Virus record (IMG/VR): IMGVR_UViG_3300032236_000862 | Location: 36,329-100,328 of that record | DNA: 64,000 bases | Direction: 5' to 3' (one strand) | From: a virus | In this document: in pieces, positions 17,068-26,139 of the stretch | How the letters are laid out: each line of letters opens with the position of its first letter | Position numbering within the stretch: the first letter of the stretch is position 1 | Made by a program: the position numbers and the translations under genes | Notes under the pieces: model-generated | What the model saw: only the letters and a program-made list of their open reading frames with translations | Told to the model about the DNA's origin: nothing | Database searches by the model: none

Positions 17068-18897
17068 ATGTTTGACGACAATCTAAATGAGCGTTATATG
17101 GAACAGCGTGATGAGGAATCTCAATTACGCTCTATCAGATTAAACGCTCTATGCCGTGTCTACGAACAAGCTGACAGGGTTATTACCGGTGATCCGGTTC
17201 TAGTCCACGTGGTGCCTGATGGTCCTGCGCCTGCTTGGTCTGATGGCCAGGCTATCTACATCAACGCTAGTGAGATCGAAGACATTGATCTTGAAGCGTT
17301 ATCTCAGGTCAATGGCCTGAACTTCCACGAGCTAGCTCACCATCTGTATACTCCCCGCAAGGGAACAGTATTCATGAAGGAAGTTATCAATCGTGGACTA
17401 ATGCAAGCGGCCAATATGCTGGAGGACCAGCGTATCGAGACGTTGCTTGTAGCCCGCTATCCATCAGTAGCGCCGTTCTTAACTGCAACGTGCGCTCGTT
17501 ATCTAGGTAGTACCCCTGAGGAAGCGGAAGGTGCTTATATGCTCCTACGTGGTCGCAGGTATCTACCTATTCAGATACGTGAAGCATTCAGGGACTTGTT
17601 CTATGAGCCTAAGCTCATCCCTGTAATTGCTGACATCGTAGACCAGTATAGGTTGCTTGTATTCCCCCGTGATTACGACAAAGCAATCGAACTCATCCAA
17701 CGTTGGAACGATGAGGTAATCGGCCAGTTGCCTAACCCACAGAATCTTCCTAAGGGTATGACCGGCTGTACTGATCGTGATGCCGTAGGTAAAGGTCGTC
17801 CTGAACCTGGCAAAGCCCAGGAGAAAGACGCTGAACGTGCCAAGGGTATGGGTAAGGCGGAATCAACTACGCCCAACACAAACAAACCCACAGCACCTGC
17901 ACCAACAACACAGCAAGAAGCACTTGATATGGCAAATGCTAAGCCAACAAATGGTGAAGCATCGCCCCCATCAATCACTCCTGGTACAGGCCATCATGAA
18001 AGCCTAGGTGGTATCCCAGACAGTGTGCACGACATGCTAACGGATGTTATTGACACCGTTATGTCTAGCAAGGAAGTGCTTCAAGATCTAAAAACCAAGC
18101 AAAAGGTAATTGTAGGTGGTGACGGTAAGCATACCGATACCATCAAGCGTGGTCGTTATGACACAGCGCCTGTTCCATCAGACGCAATGGTTACCTATCG
18201 TAAGTTCGCACGTGAACTAGAACGCTTACGTGATGAATGCGAGCCTGCTTGGCACAAGGAGGAGGCTAGTGGCAAGCTCAATGTCCAGCGTGTTATTCGT
18301 GGATGTGAGATTGATGAAGCCTTTGACCGCTGGGATGAAGGCACGGACGGCACTGATGTGGAGGCTGTGATCCTCGTGGATCGCTCAGGCTCTATGTCCG
18401 GTGGCAATGACCGTGGCGCATCCATTGCGTCTTGGACTATCAAGCGTGCACTAGAAGGCATCGGCGCTCCGGTGACCGTGTACTCGTTTGATGACGAGAC
18501 GGAGTTGGCTTACAATCGAACAGAACTAGCCAACAAGACGCACTACAAGTTCATCTACGGCAGTGGTGGCACAGAGCCTTATAGTGCCTTGCTTGCTGCA
18601 GAGCAAGTTCTTCTATCATCTCGTAAGAAGAACAAGATGTTGTTCATTGTTACTGATGGCGCCTTTGGTGAAAAAAGTGACGAGGTTATCGAACGTATGG
18701 GTAAGCGTGGCATTCTTACCGCTATGTCCTTAATCATGGGCGACAATGACATGAAGTTCTACCAAGAACGATATGGCTACAGTGACGATACGTTTAGACA
18801 CGGTGTAGAAATCTATGCCCGTATCAATACGGCTCGTGACCTGCTGCCATTTGCTAGATCAGTAGTTACCGGAGCAATCAGAAAGCGAGGAAGATAA
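17068..18897 (+). CDS. HExxH metallopeptidase-like plus vWA domain protein (CobT-like AAA partner)
   Basis: FHELAH, NMLEDQRIE, MIDAS DRSGSM, GGT, VTDG. Confidence 0.9.
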   Translation: MFDDNLNERYMEQRDEESQLRSIRLNALCRVYEQADRVITGDPVLVHVVPDGPAPAWSDGQAIYINASEIEDIDLEALSQVNGLNFHELAHHLYTPRKGTVFMKEVINRGLMQAANMLEDQRIETLLVARYPSVAPFLTATCARYLGSTPEEAEGAYMLLRGRRYLPIQIREAFRDLFYEPKLIPVIADIVDQYRLLVFPRDYDKAIELIQRWNDEVIGQLPNPQNLPKGMTGCTDRDAVGKGRPEPGKAQEKDAERAKGMGKAESTTPNTNKPTAPAPTTQQEALDMANAKPTNGEASPPSITPGTGHHESLGGIPDSVHDMLTDVIDTVMSSKEVLQDLKTKQKVIVGGDGKHTDTIKRGRYDTAPVPSDAMVTYRKFARELERLRDECEPAWHKEEASGKLNVQRVIRGCEIDEAFDRWDEGTDGTDVEAVILVDRSGSMSGGNDRGASIASWTIKRALEGIGAPVTVYSFDDETELAYNRTELANKTHYKFIYGSGGTEPYSALLAAEQVLLSSRKKNKMLFIVTDGAFGEKSDEVIERMGKRGILTAMSLIMGDNDMKFYQERYGYSDDTFRHGVEIYARINTARDLLPFARSVVTGAIRKRGR

Positions 18898-19356
18898 TGT
18901 ACACAATCTATGACAGCCTAACGGAGACCTTGATAGAGGTATTCAATGACTATGAATCAGCCCAGATGTTCCTGCTTCATATATCAGATGAAATCAACGA
19001 TGGTGGGGCTAACCTATCTATCGAAGCTATCACTCCAGCACACGAGTGGGCTCAAGATAATGGCATCATGTTGGCATCATTAGCATGACCACTCGTCAAG
19101 AAGATCCGGCAGCATGGCTCAGTGAGATGTTGAGGCAGAGGGAACTTGACCTGCTCAACACAAACAAAGCTATCGTACGCAACCTACTAGTCAAGCATGG
19201 GGCTGAAGATCTTATCCCTATGCTGTTGGAGGACTAATGATCAAATGCAATCTATGTAAGAACGTATTGGGCCAAGACGACTCGTACGTAGTTCACAGTC
19301 AAACAGCAACGTGCTGGGACTGTTACTTCGGAGAAGACACGGGAGAACGATGGTAA
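18897..19356 (+). CDS. Three micro-genes (18897-19088 acidic; 19085-19237; 19237-19356 CxxC..CxxC finger)
   Basis: Coupled TAATG/ATGA overlaps; manual translation. Confidence 0.65.
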
Positions 19357-19802
19357 ATACATTCCTGCCATATGCAGACTTCAAGCAAGTGGCGCAATCC
19401 CTAGACGATAGGAGACTCGGCAAGCAACGTGTAGAGGCGTTGCAGATTCTGAGGGCCAACCTGGGTCTAACTGTGGGATGGCGCAATCATCCGGCTGCTG
19501 TAATGTGGCGGGGGCATGAAGGTCTACTAGCCAAATACACCATAACAATCTGTAATGAGTGGACTAAGCGTGGCTATGTAGACAATACCAAGCAGCAAGT
19601 GATCGAACTAATGAAGCAGTACAACCTAAAGCCAATCAAGAAGCCTTGGTGGCTTGGGGCAAGCACGTTTCATGAGAGTCATCAGTCTAACCTCAAGCGT
19701 AAGCTTCCAGAGCATTACGACTTTGATGTAGCTGACGACATGCCATACCAATGGCCAACCCCTGAAGGTACGTTCCGAACAACTAAAAAGGAGAAAGAAT
19801 GA
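19350..19802 (+). CDS. MSMEG_6728-family / pyrimidine-dimer glycosylase-like protein
   Basis: NTFLPYADF..LDDRRLGKQRVEALQI, GWRNHPAAVMWRG, PWWLG, HESHQSNL. Confidence 0.88.
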   Translation: MVNTFLPYADFKQVAQSLDDRRLGKQRVEALQILRANLGLTVGWRNHPAAVMWRGHEGLLAKYTITICNEWTKRGYVDNTKQQVIELMKQYNLKPIKKPWWLGASTFHESHQSNLKRKLPEHYDFDVADDMPYQWPTPEGTFRTTKKEKE

Positions 19803-20254
19803 TAACTACAACCCGCAAAGAAGCAATCACCTTGATTGAGGAAAGCATCAACAATGTTATTCCCCTGCAAGATGACAGGCTTGAGAAGGTCATTTATGCA
19901 GTTAACAATGACCTCGCAGTCAGGGACTGGGTCTTGGGTATGCCTAATAGGTTTACCCTTGAAGAGTCTATTGACTTTGTACGTTATATGGCCGTGCACA
20001 CCACAGCATTGGATAGTGTGCCGTTCATCACAATCAATGCCGTGTTTGAGTATGAGCGTGGCAATTCAGACAAGGCTCTGTTAATGATTGACTATGTCAA
20101 TGCGGTTAATAATAACTACCCATTGGCTAAGCTAATCACCAGGACTTTTGATGCAGGTTGGGCACCAGAAATGTTTGCTCAAATGCGTCAAGAGCTGGAC
20201 GCCAAAGTAATGGCGGACTGCAATGAAGAACCAATCAGAGAGGAAGACAACTAA
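19799..20254 (+). CDS. DUF4192-like helical protein
   Basis: DLAVRDWVLG...YERGNSDKA...YPLAKLI. Confidence 0.55.
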   Translation: MITTTRKEAITLIEESINNVIPLQDDRLEKVIYAVNNDLAVRDWVLGMPNRFTLEESIDFVRYMAVHTTALDSVPFITINAVFEYERGNSDKALLMIDYVNAVNNNYPLAKLITRTFDAGWAPEMFAQMRQELDAKVMADCNEEPIREEDN

Positions 20255-20563
20255 TGTCAGACAAAATCATATGGCAAGCAGCAATAACAGCAGATATGGT
20301 AGAAGACTGGACGGAAGATGAGATTGAAATGCTCATAGCTGACCTAGATGACGCAGTTAAATCAACCTATGAAGATTGGGAGCTACGTGACTAAATACAG
20401 AGTAACTATCCATGAGCACATTATCAGTGATCTTTGGGTGGAAGCAGACAACCAAAGTGATGCCAGAGACATAGCCGAGGAGCACATCAGCGAAGGCTTC
20501 AACGGATGGGTTGTGGATGAGATGGCCGGTTGGATCGAGACCGGTGACATCGAGGAGGTTTGA
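20254..20563 (+). CDS. Two acidic micro-genes (20254-20394; 20387-20563, DpnD/PcfM-like)
   Basis: Manual translation; KYRVTIHE....VEADNQSDARDIA. Confidence 0.6.
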
Positions 20564-20588
20564 CCAACACAAACAACCGAGTTATACT
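20560..20588 (+). promoter_or_regulatory. Sigma70/SigA-type promoter containing the 11-bp repeat
   Basis: TTGACC-17 nt-TATACT; CAACACAAACA occupies 20565-20575. Confidence 0.8.
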
Positions 20589-20607
20589 ATATACAGAAGG
20601 GAAGTAA

Positions 20608-20835
20608 ATGAGCGATGACAGTGACCTATATGACCTGCGCCTTACCTTTAGGGTTAAACTAAAGAAATGGCGTGTAGACGACCAGCATGATCGTAACAAT
20701 CAAGAGTGGTCTCTAAGATTCTGGGATAGAAACCTAGAGGAGTGGAAGATCGCTAACGAGTCGGATCTAAATAGGCCAGGTGAGCAGGGCTATATCGAAA
20801 GCATACAAATCATTACTAATAAAAAGGGAGGGTGA
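20608..20835 (+). CDS. Hypothetical protein
   Basis: 75-aa ORF directly downstream of the promoter. Confidence 0.7.
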   Translation: MSDDSDLYDLRLTFRVKLKKWRVDDQHDRNNQEWSLRFWDRNLEEWKIANESDLNRPGEQGYIESIQIITNKKGG

Positions 20836-20842
20836 GCATGTA

Positions 20843-21079
20843 ATGCAATTTGCACAGTTTACAATCAAAACCAAGGAGATAAAGAAACTGGTAGACGCCT
20901 TAGAGACAGCCGGATTAGAGGTCAGCATGACCAACGGCAAACACCATGTAAAGGTAGTCAATCCAGGGACTAAGAAAGTAGTCTTCTTTGGACCGCAATC
21001 TCTGGGCGACCCCAGAGCTGGTAAGAACATACTAAGGGACCTGAAGAAGGTCGGATTCAATCAACAAATAAAACTATAA
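20843..21079 (+). CDS. HicA-like protein
   Basis: KEIKKLVDALETAG..V..TNGKHHVKV...GDPRAGKNILRDLKKVG. Confidence 0.7.
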   Translation: MQFAQFTIKTKEIKKLVDALETAGLEVSMTNGKHHVKVVNPGTKKVVFFGPQSLGDPRAGKNILRDLKKVGFNQQIKL

Positions 21080-21089
21080 GGAGGGCCTC

Positions 21090-21698
21090 ATGGCCAAGGT
21101 AACTAAAACACTAAAGGCAACACTAACCAAGAACTTGTCAGTAGAAAAGGGTGGAGCATGGCTTCTCACCATCACTGAGAGTCATCTATCTGATAGGCCT
21201 ACACATTCTGCATGGGCCAACCCATCTGCTGCAAAGCGTTTCTTGAAGCAGTGGGTTATTGAGAACACACCACGCAAGTCAATCAAGATGGTAGTTGGGG
21301 CCACAAATGACCTAGGTAAGCCAACCCATCTATCAGGTGAGCTAACATGGAAGGCTGATGCATGATGGACATGGAGACTGTACTACCCCGTACCTGCAAT
21401 ATGTGTCATGGTACGGGGGTCGTTTACTGGGAATCAGATGACGACTTTGATGTAGAACAATGCGAGTGCCAATACAAAGGAGAAACAAGTGCCTAAGTTC
21501 CGTGTACAGTTTGATACAACCCGCCAAGGTACATTTATCTTTGATGCTGAAGATAAGGACCACGCAATAGAAATATATACCGGCCTAGTCGAGGGTACGA
21601 CATACCCCGATGAAATTGATGGCTATGAGGATACAGAGGTATCAGACAGCACATACTATGAGCTAACCGATAACTCAGGTAAGCACATAGCTGACTAA
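21090..21698 (+). CDS. Three small genes (21090-21365; 21362-21496 CxxCxGxG; 21489-21698 DpnD/PcfM-like, acidic)
   Basis: Coupled ORFs with RBSs. Confidence 0.7.
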
Positions 21699-21707
21699 TA
21701 GATAACC

Positions 21708-21743
21708 AAAAAGCCCCCGGCTCTTAATTGAGTCGGGGGCTTT
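21708..21743. terminator. Likely bidirectional terminator at the convergence point
   Basis: A5-GCCCCCGGCTC/GAGTCGGGGGC-TTT. Confidence 0.85.
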
Positions 21744-21767
21744 ATGTTTGTGTTGGCCTTTTTTGGC

Positions 21768-21902
21768 CTACTCGATAGGGTCAGTAATGTCGTTTTCTAA
21801 TTCGTCAAGGTCATCCTCATCGAAGTCGAAGTCATCAAAACCATCTTCGAAGTCATCTTCGAAGTCTTCGTCGTATAGGTCTGGGTTAATCTCGTCTGAC
21901 AT
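21768..21902 (-). CDS. Extremely acidic micro-protein (44 aa, 24 D/E, no K/R)
   Basis: AAGGAG RBS; MSDEINPDLYDEDFEDDFEDGFDDFDFDEDDLDELENDITDPIE. Confidence 0.75.
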   Translation of the reverse strand: MSDEINPDLYDEDFEDDFEDGFDDFDFDEDDLDELENDITDPIE

Positions 21903-21910
21903 GTTTCTCC

Positions 21911-23941
21911 TTAGGCGTTATCTTTGATTAGTTTTACTTCACACGCATCTGTAGTGCAATAGGCCTCACCGATTGCATCAAATGCCATGCCTGCATACAC
22001 ACCGCTCAAATCAATTGGGAAGTGGGTCATGCGGGCTTCTTCGTACTCTTCAGCATTACTCTGAGTGTAAGGCATCTGAGGATATAGCGTATCATCCATG
22101 GCTAGGAAGGATACGGTCTTTAGTTGACCATCATACATATGCAATACGGTTCCGATTGCATCAGACTCGGTCTTTGGGTCAAACGATACGGTAACAGAAA
22201 CAGAGTTATCTGACCAGTACCTCTGAGCAGTGGCAGCGATTGCCATCTTCTCATAGATAGAGACTTCCTTCTCAGAACGCATAGCATCTGACTTCACTGG
22301 GAAGTATACAACAGATGTTCCGTCCGGATCTGAAGCTGACGGCTCAACCTTGTAGTTAGCCATCTTGAACAATGGGAGCATAGGGTCGCTATTAGAGAAC
22401 CTAATTGTGCGCATAAAGAACTTACCGCCTGGAGTCCAGTGAACTCCTGGGGATTCTCCCGCTAGGATTGAGACTGTGCCGGATGGCTTTACTGTGGTCA
22501 TCTTGATTGACTCACGGATACCAAGCCATTCGGAGTAACTCTTATCATAGCCTTGGATGACTGCATAGCCGTCGTCCATCCAGGTACGAAGCAAGGGAAG
22601 ACCCTTCGTATCTGCAAAGTTTGCGATACCGGAGATTGAAGTACCGATGCGGCGGTTGCGCTGCATGATGGCGTTTGTCTCTTCCCAGTGGGTAGGGATG
22701 AGAGTTACAGTCTTGGCATAGAGATAGGCGAACTTGAGCGTGCGCTTAAAATCTTCCAGGCTGTCGTGGCGCCCAATGTAGGTCTCTACCAATGTACAGC
22801 ACTCCATTGATTCCAATGATTGTTCAGCACATGGGTTGTACCCGGCCGCTCTCCAGTCCTTGTTGTTGATCGGATCAGCTAGACGCCCGTACTTACGGGT
22901 GGTGTCCATCCAGATCACGCCAGGCTCACCATTGCGGGCAATACCCTCAATGATCTTTGATAGGTCTTGGCCAACCTCTACCTCAACGGAGTTGTTGGAC
23001 ATCCAGCCCCAACCAGGATTGGCAGGATCATAGGAGTTACGCTCTGGGAACATCTCGGCGTTCTTAAGATTAATAAACTCTTCGTCATCCAAACGGCCAA
23101 TTAGGAGCTCGGCTGAGCGACGGACGTTACCGGAGACTACACACACGCCGATTAGGTTACCGATGTCTGCGATGTCACGGCGAGTCAGCTTTTGGCCAGC
23201 TCTGTTATCAAAGATCTTAGCTAGTTGGTCGTGGAGTTTGATGAGCGGATCGGGTCCAGCCGCAGTACCTCCGAAGGTCTTGATTGGAGTTCCGTATGGT
23301 CGGATTGCCGAGTAGTCAAATGTAGGCTTCTTCGTATCTGGCTTAAGGTAGCTATTGATGACGGCAGCCGTAGATTCGTACCAGCCTTCTCTGGTGTCGG
23401 GGATGACATAGGTGTCTCCTTCTGTAGGTGCATAGATAGTGAAGTCCTTGTCTGCACCCTTGTCATCGAATCCTACGCCTACGCCCAGCATTGATGCCTC
23501 CATCAAGAAAGAGAAAGGCTTAGCCGGATCGTTCTTAGTCATAGCATTTGTAGATACAAAGCTGCAGTTCTGCAACGCTGCAGAGTTTTTCTGTTCATTA
23601 ACCTGAGGAGTTCCCATCATCCATAGGCCTCGGCCAGGTGGGGTCCACTTCAGGTTAAATAGTCGGTCGAAAGCTTCTTTGGCTGAAGTAGCAGCCTTGA
23701 TATCAGACCAAGGCAGGCGGTTCTGCTTGGCATGGTCTTTTTGGAGAGAGTACATGCCGTTGATGACACGCTCACATACATCTGTCCAAGTCTCTTTGGT
23801 ACCGTCCTCTTTAAGACGAGAGTAGGTACGCAAGAAAGTAATTTCCCCAAGAGAGTTGCCAGCAGCATCCTGATAACCCCACGGGACCTTCTTTGACCGG
23901 TACGGAGTTACAAAATCATCTGCGAGTTTAAACGAAAACAC
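21911..23941 (-). CDS. nrdJ: Class II (B12-dependent) ribonucleotide reductase, monomeric RTPR type
   Basis: PPGRGLW, LQNC, GNVRRSAE, NPCAEQSL, TVKPSGTVS, C-terminal YCTTDAC. Confidence 0.95.
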   Translation of the reverse strand: MFSFKLADDFVTPYRSKKVPWGYQDAAGNSLGEITFLRTYSRLKEDGTKETWTDVCERVINGMYSLQKDHAKQNRLPWSDIKAATSAKEAFDRLFNLKWTPPGRGLWMMGTPQVNEQKNSAALQNCSFVSTNAMTKNDPAKPFSFLMEASMLGVGVGFDDKGADKDFTIYAPTEGDTYVIPDTREGWYESTAAVINSYLKPDTKKPTFDYSAIRPYGTPIKTFGGTAAGPDPLIKLHDQLAKIFDNRAGQKLTRRDIADIGNLIGVCVVSGNVRRSAELLIGRLDDEEFINLKNAEMFPERNSYDPANPGWGWMSNNSVEVEVGQDLSKIIEGIARNGEPGVIWMDTTRKYGRLADPINNKDWRAAGYNPCAEQSLESMECCTLVETYIGRHDSLEDFKRTLKFAYLYAKTVTLIPTHWEETNAIMQRNRRIGTSISGIANFADTKGLPLLRTWMDDGYAVIQGYDKSYSEWLGIRESIKMTTVKPSGTVSILAGESPGVHWTPGGKFFMRTIRFSNSDPMLPLFKMANYKVEPSASDPDGTSVVYFPVKSDAMRSEKEVSIYEKMAIAATAQRYWSDNSVSVTVSFDPKTESDAIGTVLHMYDGQLKTVSFLAMDDTLYPQMPYTQSNAEEYEEARMTHFPIDLSGVYAGMAFDAIGEAYCTTDACEVKLIKDNA

Positions 23942-23981
23942 ACATCACCCATTTCTATAGTTTTTGGCTTGTTATCAGGTA

Positions 23982-25451
23982 TTACTTATTTAGATTGTCA
24001 TCTATGATCTTGCTGACTTCACCCTCATTGAGCCCACCGTTGGGGATCTCCCGCAGTGTATTCGCCCGGTCTCCGAAGAGAGCGGAAAGCATACCACCTG
24101 AGGATTGCCGCTGAGCTGTGATCTGGATGAACTCCTTGTTTTCCTCTAACTTCTTGACTTCTCCTACCAATTTAAATAGGCGGTCAATTTCCTGACCGGT
24201 GTTAGGATCTGGGTACCCACCGTTCAATTCTTCAGCAAAACGTGCAAAAGCGACCCTAGCACCCTGCATTTCGATAACTGCGTTGAGCAAACCCTTCAGC
24301 TGTTCTTTAGTCTTTACTTCGACTGGGAGGTTAAACGCACAACTGTTGTTAGGTTTGAACGCCGGACAATTCGCCGCAACGAAGCAAGTATTGCATTGCC
24401 TGAACGATGAGGTCGTACTTTTAAGGACCGGTACATCACTGATTACATCCCTTCCTAGGTCATCTTTTTCCATGATGGTCTTGTTTGAAACGCCAAAAAC
24501 GGGCAGCGTCATGGTCTCATTTGGGTCTCTAGGCGTGAATTCTTTCCGCACCTCAACCCCCCTGTTATCAGGTTCCACACCCCTGGTTTCCGCTAAACCT
24601 GGATCATCCATTGCACCACTGTTATCAGATAACTTCTTACTATTCAAGGACTTCTCCAACTGCAGGTAGGACCAAATAGCGAGGCGGGTTACCTCGTTAC
24701 TATCATCATTCATAATCTTATCGAAGTCGAGTCCGGCCTTCTCGATGATCGCCTTGTAGCGAGGACGAGCTTGGTCTTTCTGCTTCTTCTGATACCGGAC
24801 AAGTCTAGTGCCGTCCCAGACAATAGTCTCACCTCTCATCATTGGGCTAAGCCATGAGAGAGTGCTGGCGGTTGCCAACGGGACTTGTCGTAGATTATCT
24901 GGTTTAGCACAGGCAACCCCGTGAAACTCTAGATCTGGGAACTGAGCCAGAAATGCCCTAGAACGTGCTGACAGGCTGGTGTCGTCCTCTAAGGACTCTC
25001 CAAGCAGTGCGACGTTGGGATACTGGGATGCCAAGGCGTAGAGACCATTGTGGCCCGTTTCCTGGTGCCATACCACAGCATACTTGTCTAGCCCAAACTC
25101 CTCGCCAAAGGTTTTCCTCTGGTAGTTGATCCAGGTAGATCCAAGAGCTTTGGCATCCAACTCGGTAGCCATAGTGATCCTATCGGCATTGATAGCCAGG
25201 AAGTCCTGGTAATCAGCCGCATAGTCCTCGAGCTCTCGCTCTGTCATGTTCAGGTCGTTGACGTTATGGCCGCCGCCATCCAGGTAGATCTTTACATCAT
25301 CTGGGAAGCGATCGGCCAGAATATAGTCCTTGGTCTTTGGCAAGCCACGCTTGACTAGACGCCAGTAGTTGATGCTTATGTGTTTAGCCCCTACAGAAGT
25401 AAGGAGAGTTCTATGACTGGGTACTTCTCCGCCCATGAAGACTATGTTCAT
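23982..25451 (-). CDS. TGT/DpdA-like TIM-barrel protein fused to a Cys4 finger and a helical C-terminus
   Basis: IYLDGGG, ELD, VVWH, FHG, STLSW; CNTC...NC...SC. Confidence 0.6.
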   Translation of the reverse strand: MNIVFMGGEVPSHRTLLTSVGAKHISINYWRLVKRGLPKTKDYILADRFPDDVKIYLDGGGHNVNDLNMTERELEDYAADYQDFLAINADRITMATELDAKALGSTWINYQRKTFGEEFGLDKYAVVWHQETGHNGLYALASQYPNVALLGESLEDDTSLSARSRAFLAQFPDLEFHGVACAKPDNLRQVPLATASTLSWLSPMMRGETIVWDGTRLVRYQKKQKDQARPRYKAIIEKAGLDFDKIMNDDSNEVTRLAIWSYLQLEKSLNSKKLSDNSGAMDDPGLAETRGVEPDNRGVEVRKEFTPRDPNETMTLPVFGVSNKTIMEKDDLGRDVISDVPVLKSTTSSFRQCNTCFVAANCPAFKPNNSCAFNLPVEVKTKEQLKGLLNAVIEMQGARVAFARFAEELNGGYPDPNTGQEIDRLFKLVGEVKKLEENKEFIQITAQRQSSGGMLSALFGDRANTLREIPNGGLNEGEVSKIIDDNLNK

Positions 25452-25912
25452 TCGAACCTACTAGTCCTACTCCCGAGGTGGGCATCTAGCAACGCTAGTC
25501 TTTGCCGCTCTACCTCGTCACGAAGGGCATCCCATTGTTTTACTTGGCGCTTTGAGCGCACGAACTTGGGAGATGCAAACATTATGGATGGGACGCCTTT
25601 AGCCAGAGCTTCAGCACAGTAGTCAGCATCCGCATCTACGAATAGCTCTACCCTGCCCTTGCTCATAGCATAATCGAGCTGGCGCATCCTTAGTTCTTGG
25701 CCCTCAAAGAAGTACCTATCATCATAGACATCGCCGTAACCAAAGATCATATTACTACGAAGCCAGTGCTCAGTCTTTGCCTGTGTCATGTCAGAGGTAA
25801 TGACAACACGGTAGTGCTCAGCTAAAACACGGAAGAGGCGTACGCCATCAGGGATTGGATCCCCTACTTCCGTCATTAGCACTCCCTCTAGGGAGACCAG
25901 TGCTGTTGCCAT
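25448..25912 (-). CDS. HAD-fold protein with degenerate motif I
   Basis: LVSLEGVL (DxDG degenerate), PIPDG, VVITS, LFVDAD. Confidence 0.6.
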   Translation of the reverse strand: MATALVSLEGVLMTEVGDPIPDGVRLFRVLAEHYRVVITSDMTQAKTEHWLRSNMIFGYGDVYDDRYFFEGQELRMRQLDYAMSKGRVELFVDADADYCAEALAKGVPSIMFASPKFVRSKRQVKQWDALRDEVERQRLALLDAHLGSRTSRFE

Positions 25913-26139
25913 TTATATCCTCATCTTCGTCCAAATGCTTCTGCTCGCAATGTCTTGCTAGAGAAGCGACCACGTATACCTTGTCACACAGTGCGCATTG
26001 CCACGGATTAGCCATGGCCTAAGTATAGTTACTTATACTTGTTTTCGCTCTTCAACTTCTTCTGCTCACGCTTCTCTTTAAGGCTCATCTTTGCCTCTTT
26101 TTTATCGTTTGCGTTACCTTTTTGTTCTTTATTGGCCAC
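25848..26139 (-). CDS. Two micro-genes: zinc finger (25848-26015) and Lys-rich peptide (26029-26139)
   Basis: CALC...C..H with leaderless TATACT; VANKEQKG...SLKEKREQKKLK. Confidence 0.5.

Larger units (their letters stand above)
11190..20575 (+). repeat. Dispersed asymmetric 11-bp repeat CAACACAAACA (10 exact + strand copies)
   Basis: Exact copies start at 11190, 11891, 12865, 13567, 14881, 16107, 16992, 17874, 19156 and 20565; 1-mismatch copy at 10620; exact - strand copy at 21745-21755. Confidence 0.95.

Noticed and set aside
11190-20575. CRISPR array interpretation of the 11-mer, given the Cas4-like gene
   Set aside because: Repeats are 11 bp, about 1 kb apart and often intragenic; solo Cas4-like nucleases are common phage recombination genes.
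15668-23941. Cobalamin pathway linking the CobS/CobT-like pair to B12-dependent NrdJ
   Set aside because: No CobN or other cob genes are present; phage AAA/vWA pairs need not be chelatases.
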